From a virus, in UHGV virus genome UHGV-0256341: 29,892 nucleotides of DNA, one strand, 5' to 3'. Position 1 is the stretch's first letter. Each line of letters begins with the position of its first letter. Below, piece after piece: positions 27,707 through 29,892 of this stretch. The notes under the pieces were generated by a model that was given only the letters and a program-made list of their open reading frames with translations, was not told the DNA's origin and made no database searches. A program made the position numbers and the translations under genes.

Positions 27707-28807
27707 TCATTCCATTTCGAAATCATCAATCTTCACTTCAAGCTCCAGACTGGTCGTAAAACCGTTATCCGGGCTGACAGTATGCGTCAGGGTGGTAATA
27801 GTCCATTCCGCATCATCTATCGGCTGTTTAAAGCCACTGACTTTCACTGGCATTTCCGTGTAGAGATCTGCCCGCCCTTCCGCCAGTTGTAGCGAGAATG
27901 ACGCAACGCCGCGTTGCAGGCGTTCCCACTGCATTTTCGCCGCTCGTTCGGCGTTGCTCCGGTTGGCATAAGTGCGATTAAGTACCAGCACGTTTTCATC
28001 CGTACCCACCAGGTAATCGCCCTGCTTCGCTTCCGGCTCTTTCTTCTGCTTCTTAGTTCTGCGCTTACGCTTCACCGTGGTGCTTTCTTTCTTCGCAGGT
28101 TCGCGGGTATGCAACCAGCTGGCAATTACGCCCGTGTAGGCTCCGCGATCTGCCAGGGTAAATCGGTGACTGTCGCCGTCCTTGCGTGTGATAGTGATCA
28201 CTGGCAGAGGTTTACCAGTGGCGCTTTTGCCCTGCCCCTGCCTGATGAATAACAGATTGCCATTTTTCACCGACGCGATGGCACCGTACTGTCGCGCCAG
28301 CCGCATCAGAAAACTGCCGTCACTCTCATTAGTCTGGTCTATATGCTCCACGGGCTTATCCGACAGGTCTTTACCCAGTGCCATCTTCAGCTTGTGCCGC
28401 GCGGCTATTTCCTTCACCACTTCCCCGACGGTGGTCTTATGCCACGATTTTTCACGGCGGGTATTCAGCGTTTCCCGAAAATCAGCACTTCGCGCCCGGA
28501 TAGTCAGGCGGTCCGGTGCGCCAGTGTGTTCAATCTCGTCCACTGTGAATGCCCCTTTCGGGAAAAGCGGCTGCCCCTTCCAGCCCAGCGCCAGCGTAAT
28601 GACCGCACCACGGCGCGGCAGCACGATTTTTCCATCGGCGTCGTCCAGCTCCAGATCAAGCTGGTCCGCTTCAAAGCCCCGGTTATCCGTCAGCGTCAAA
28701 CTCATCAGGCGGTTATCCAGCACAGTGGTGATATCCCTGCCCTCAATACTGATGCTGAATGCGGGAGTTTTGTTGCCTTTGTTAAGCAGTTCTGAGCTGA
28801 AATTCAC
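27707..28807 (-). CDS. D: Tail protein D, P2 gpD-like
   Basis: 366 aa between U and ogr. Confidence 0.85.
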   Translation of the reverse strand: MNFSSELLNKGNKTPAFSISIEGRDITTVLDNRLMSLTLTDNRGFEADQLDLELDDADGKIVLPRRGAVITLALGWKGQPLFPKGAFTVDEIEHTGAPDRLTIRARSADFRETLNTRREKSWHKTTVGEVVKEIAARHKLKMALGKDLSDKPVEHIDQTNESDGSFLMRLARQYGAIASVKNGNLLFIRQGQGKSATGKPLPVITITRKDGDSHRFTLADRGAYTGVIASWLHTREPAKKESTTVKRKRRTKKQKKEPEAKQGDYLVGTDENVLVLNRTYANRSNAERAAKMQWERLQRGVASFSLQLAEGRADLYTEMPVKVSGFKQPIDDAEWTITTLTHTVSPDNGFTTSLELEVKIDDFEME

Positions 28808-29289
28808 GACAGCAGCCCTCCCACCGTTTTACTGATATCACTTAAGGCAGACGTTGCCGTGTCCTGCAGATTATTCAGTTGCGCACTGAGATCACCGAAC
28901 ATATCGGACAGGGATTCATCCACCCGTTTGAGCGACAGGGTGAACTCAATCCGGCGCGGCATACCGTCGCGGAAAAACTCCGTTTTAGTCTGATTCAGTC
29001 CCTCAATCACATACATGCCGTAAATCGTGCCGCTGCCTTCAATCAGGGGCCATGCTTTCCCCTGTTCTGCCATCTGCTCCAGTGCCAGCAACGACAGCCT
29101 GCCGCCTGTTATCTCCGGCATAAGAACACCGGAAAGCGTCAGCATGTCGTTTTCCGGTCCCAGAAACTGCGTGGACGGACGTCGGTTTACCCGACTGTTT
29201 GCCGCATGTCGCCAGCTGCGTTGATACTGCAGTTCCTGATACGGAACGGTGCGCAGCATAAACACGTACAATCCCAGCACCATCATCAT
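28804..29289 (-). CDS. U: Tail protein U, P2 gpU-like
   Basis: 161 aa between T and D. Confidence 0.8.
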   Translation of the reverse strand: MMMVLGLYVFMLRTVPYQELQYQRSWRHAANSRVNRRPSTQFLGPENDMLTLSGVLMPEITGGRLSLLALEQMAEQGKAWPLIEGSGTIYGMYVIEGLNQTKTEFFRDGMPRRIEFTLSLKRVDESLSDMFGDLSAQLNNLQDTATSALSDISKTVGGLLS

Positions 29290-29892
29290 GCGTCGTATCC
29301 CCCCTGATCGCTGTAGTTACTCCTGGCTTTTGCCTTCAGCCTGCGTTCACGTTCATCAAGCTGGCGTGCCACCTCCCGCGCAATATCCTGCGCACTTTGT
29401 CCTGGCTGCGTCTGAATGATGATCTGCGTCGGTGCCTCAATCCGTTGAACGAGCGGCACAGTGGCTGCGCGACTCACAATTGCTTCTCCACCTTTCGCGG
29501 GAAGTGCCAAAGGGTGCAACGGTGGAAGCTCTGCTGGCGCGGCAGCAACGCCCATCATTCCGGCAACAACGGCAGCCAGTGCAGCTGTATTTCTCCGGCT
29601 GGTCACATTTGCCGGGCCGTTAACAATTTCCGGCCCGTTTTCACCGACGATGCCAAACTGCCCGCGCGGGATATACCCGCCGCTGTCATACATCCCCGCA
29701 AAGCCATATCCCCATGATGGAAAACCACCCGATGGCATCATCACTTTGCCGTCTGCATTCACCGTCGCAGGTTGCTGACGCGTCACGCTTTCCGGTAGTT
29801 TTGCCTTTGCGGCCTCTTTACTGACAATGCCGAGTTTCTCCAGCAACCAGGAAACGCCGGATTTCAGGGAGTCCAGCGGATGCATGACCATA
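29286..29892 (-). CDS. T: Tail tape measure protein, P2 gpT-like, C-terminal part only (gene runs off right edge)
   Basis: Open frame to the window edge with Ala/Gly/Pro-rich sequence; directly upstream of U. Confidence 0.7.
   Translation of the reverse strand, partial: MVMHPLDSLKSGVSWLLEKLGIVSKEAAKAKLPESVTRQQPATVNADGKVMMPSGGFPSWGYGFAGMYDSGGYIPRGQFGIVGENGPEIVNGPANVTSRRNTAALAAVVAGMMGVAAAPAELPPLHPLALPAKGGEAIVSRAATVPLVQRIEAPTQIIIQTQPGQSAQDIAREVARQLDERERRLKAKARSNYSDQGGYDA

Noticed and set aside
1-29892. CRISPR arrays, tRNA or rRNA genes
   Set aside because: I saw no regularly spaced direct repeats and no cloverleaf-like or rRNA-like stretches in any intergenic region; this was a manual scan only.

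Overview
This window is almost entirely a P2-like (Peduovirus-type) prophage of an enterobacterium, most likely Escherichia coli, read in reverse P2 map order. From left to right it carries the late tail genes E/FII/FI, a Hin/Gin-family DNA invertase with an invertible tail-fibre segment, baseplate genes I/J/W/V, an AT-rich membrane-protein moron, S/R, a lysis cassette, head genes L/M/N/O, the terminase and portal genes P/Q, a complete retron (matching retron Ec86/Eco1 from memory), a cos-like site, a small accessory island with an HNH-domain protein, replication gene A with a Dam-like methyltransferase, then a YbjL-like transporter gene, and finally ogr/D/U and the 3' end of T. The main accessory systems are the three-component retron wedged between Q and cos, and an uncharacterised HNH-domain gene at the position where P2 carries old/tin. 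No integrase, C repressor or cox was found; a ybjL-like gene sits where that module would be, so the element looks defective or rearranged. All calls rest on reading the six-frame translations and the sequence by eye; no database search was run.
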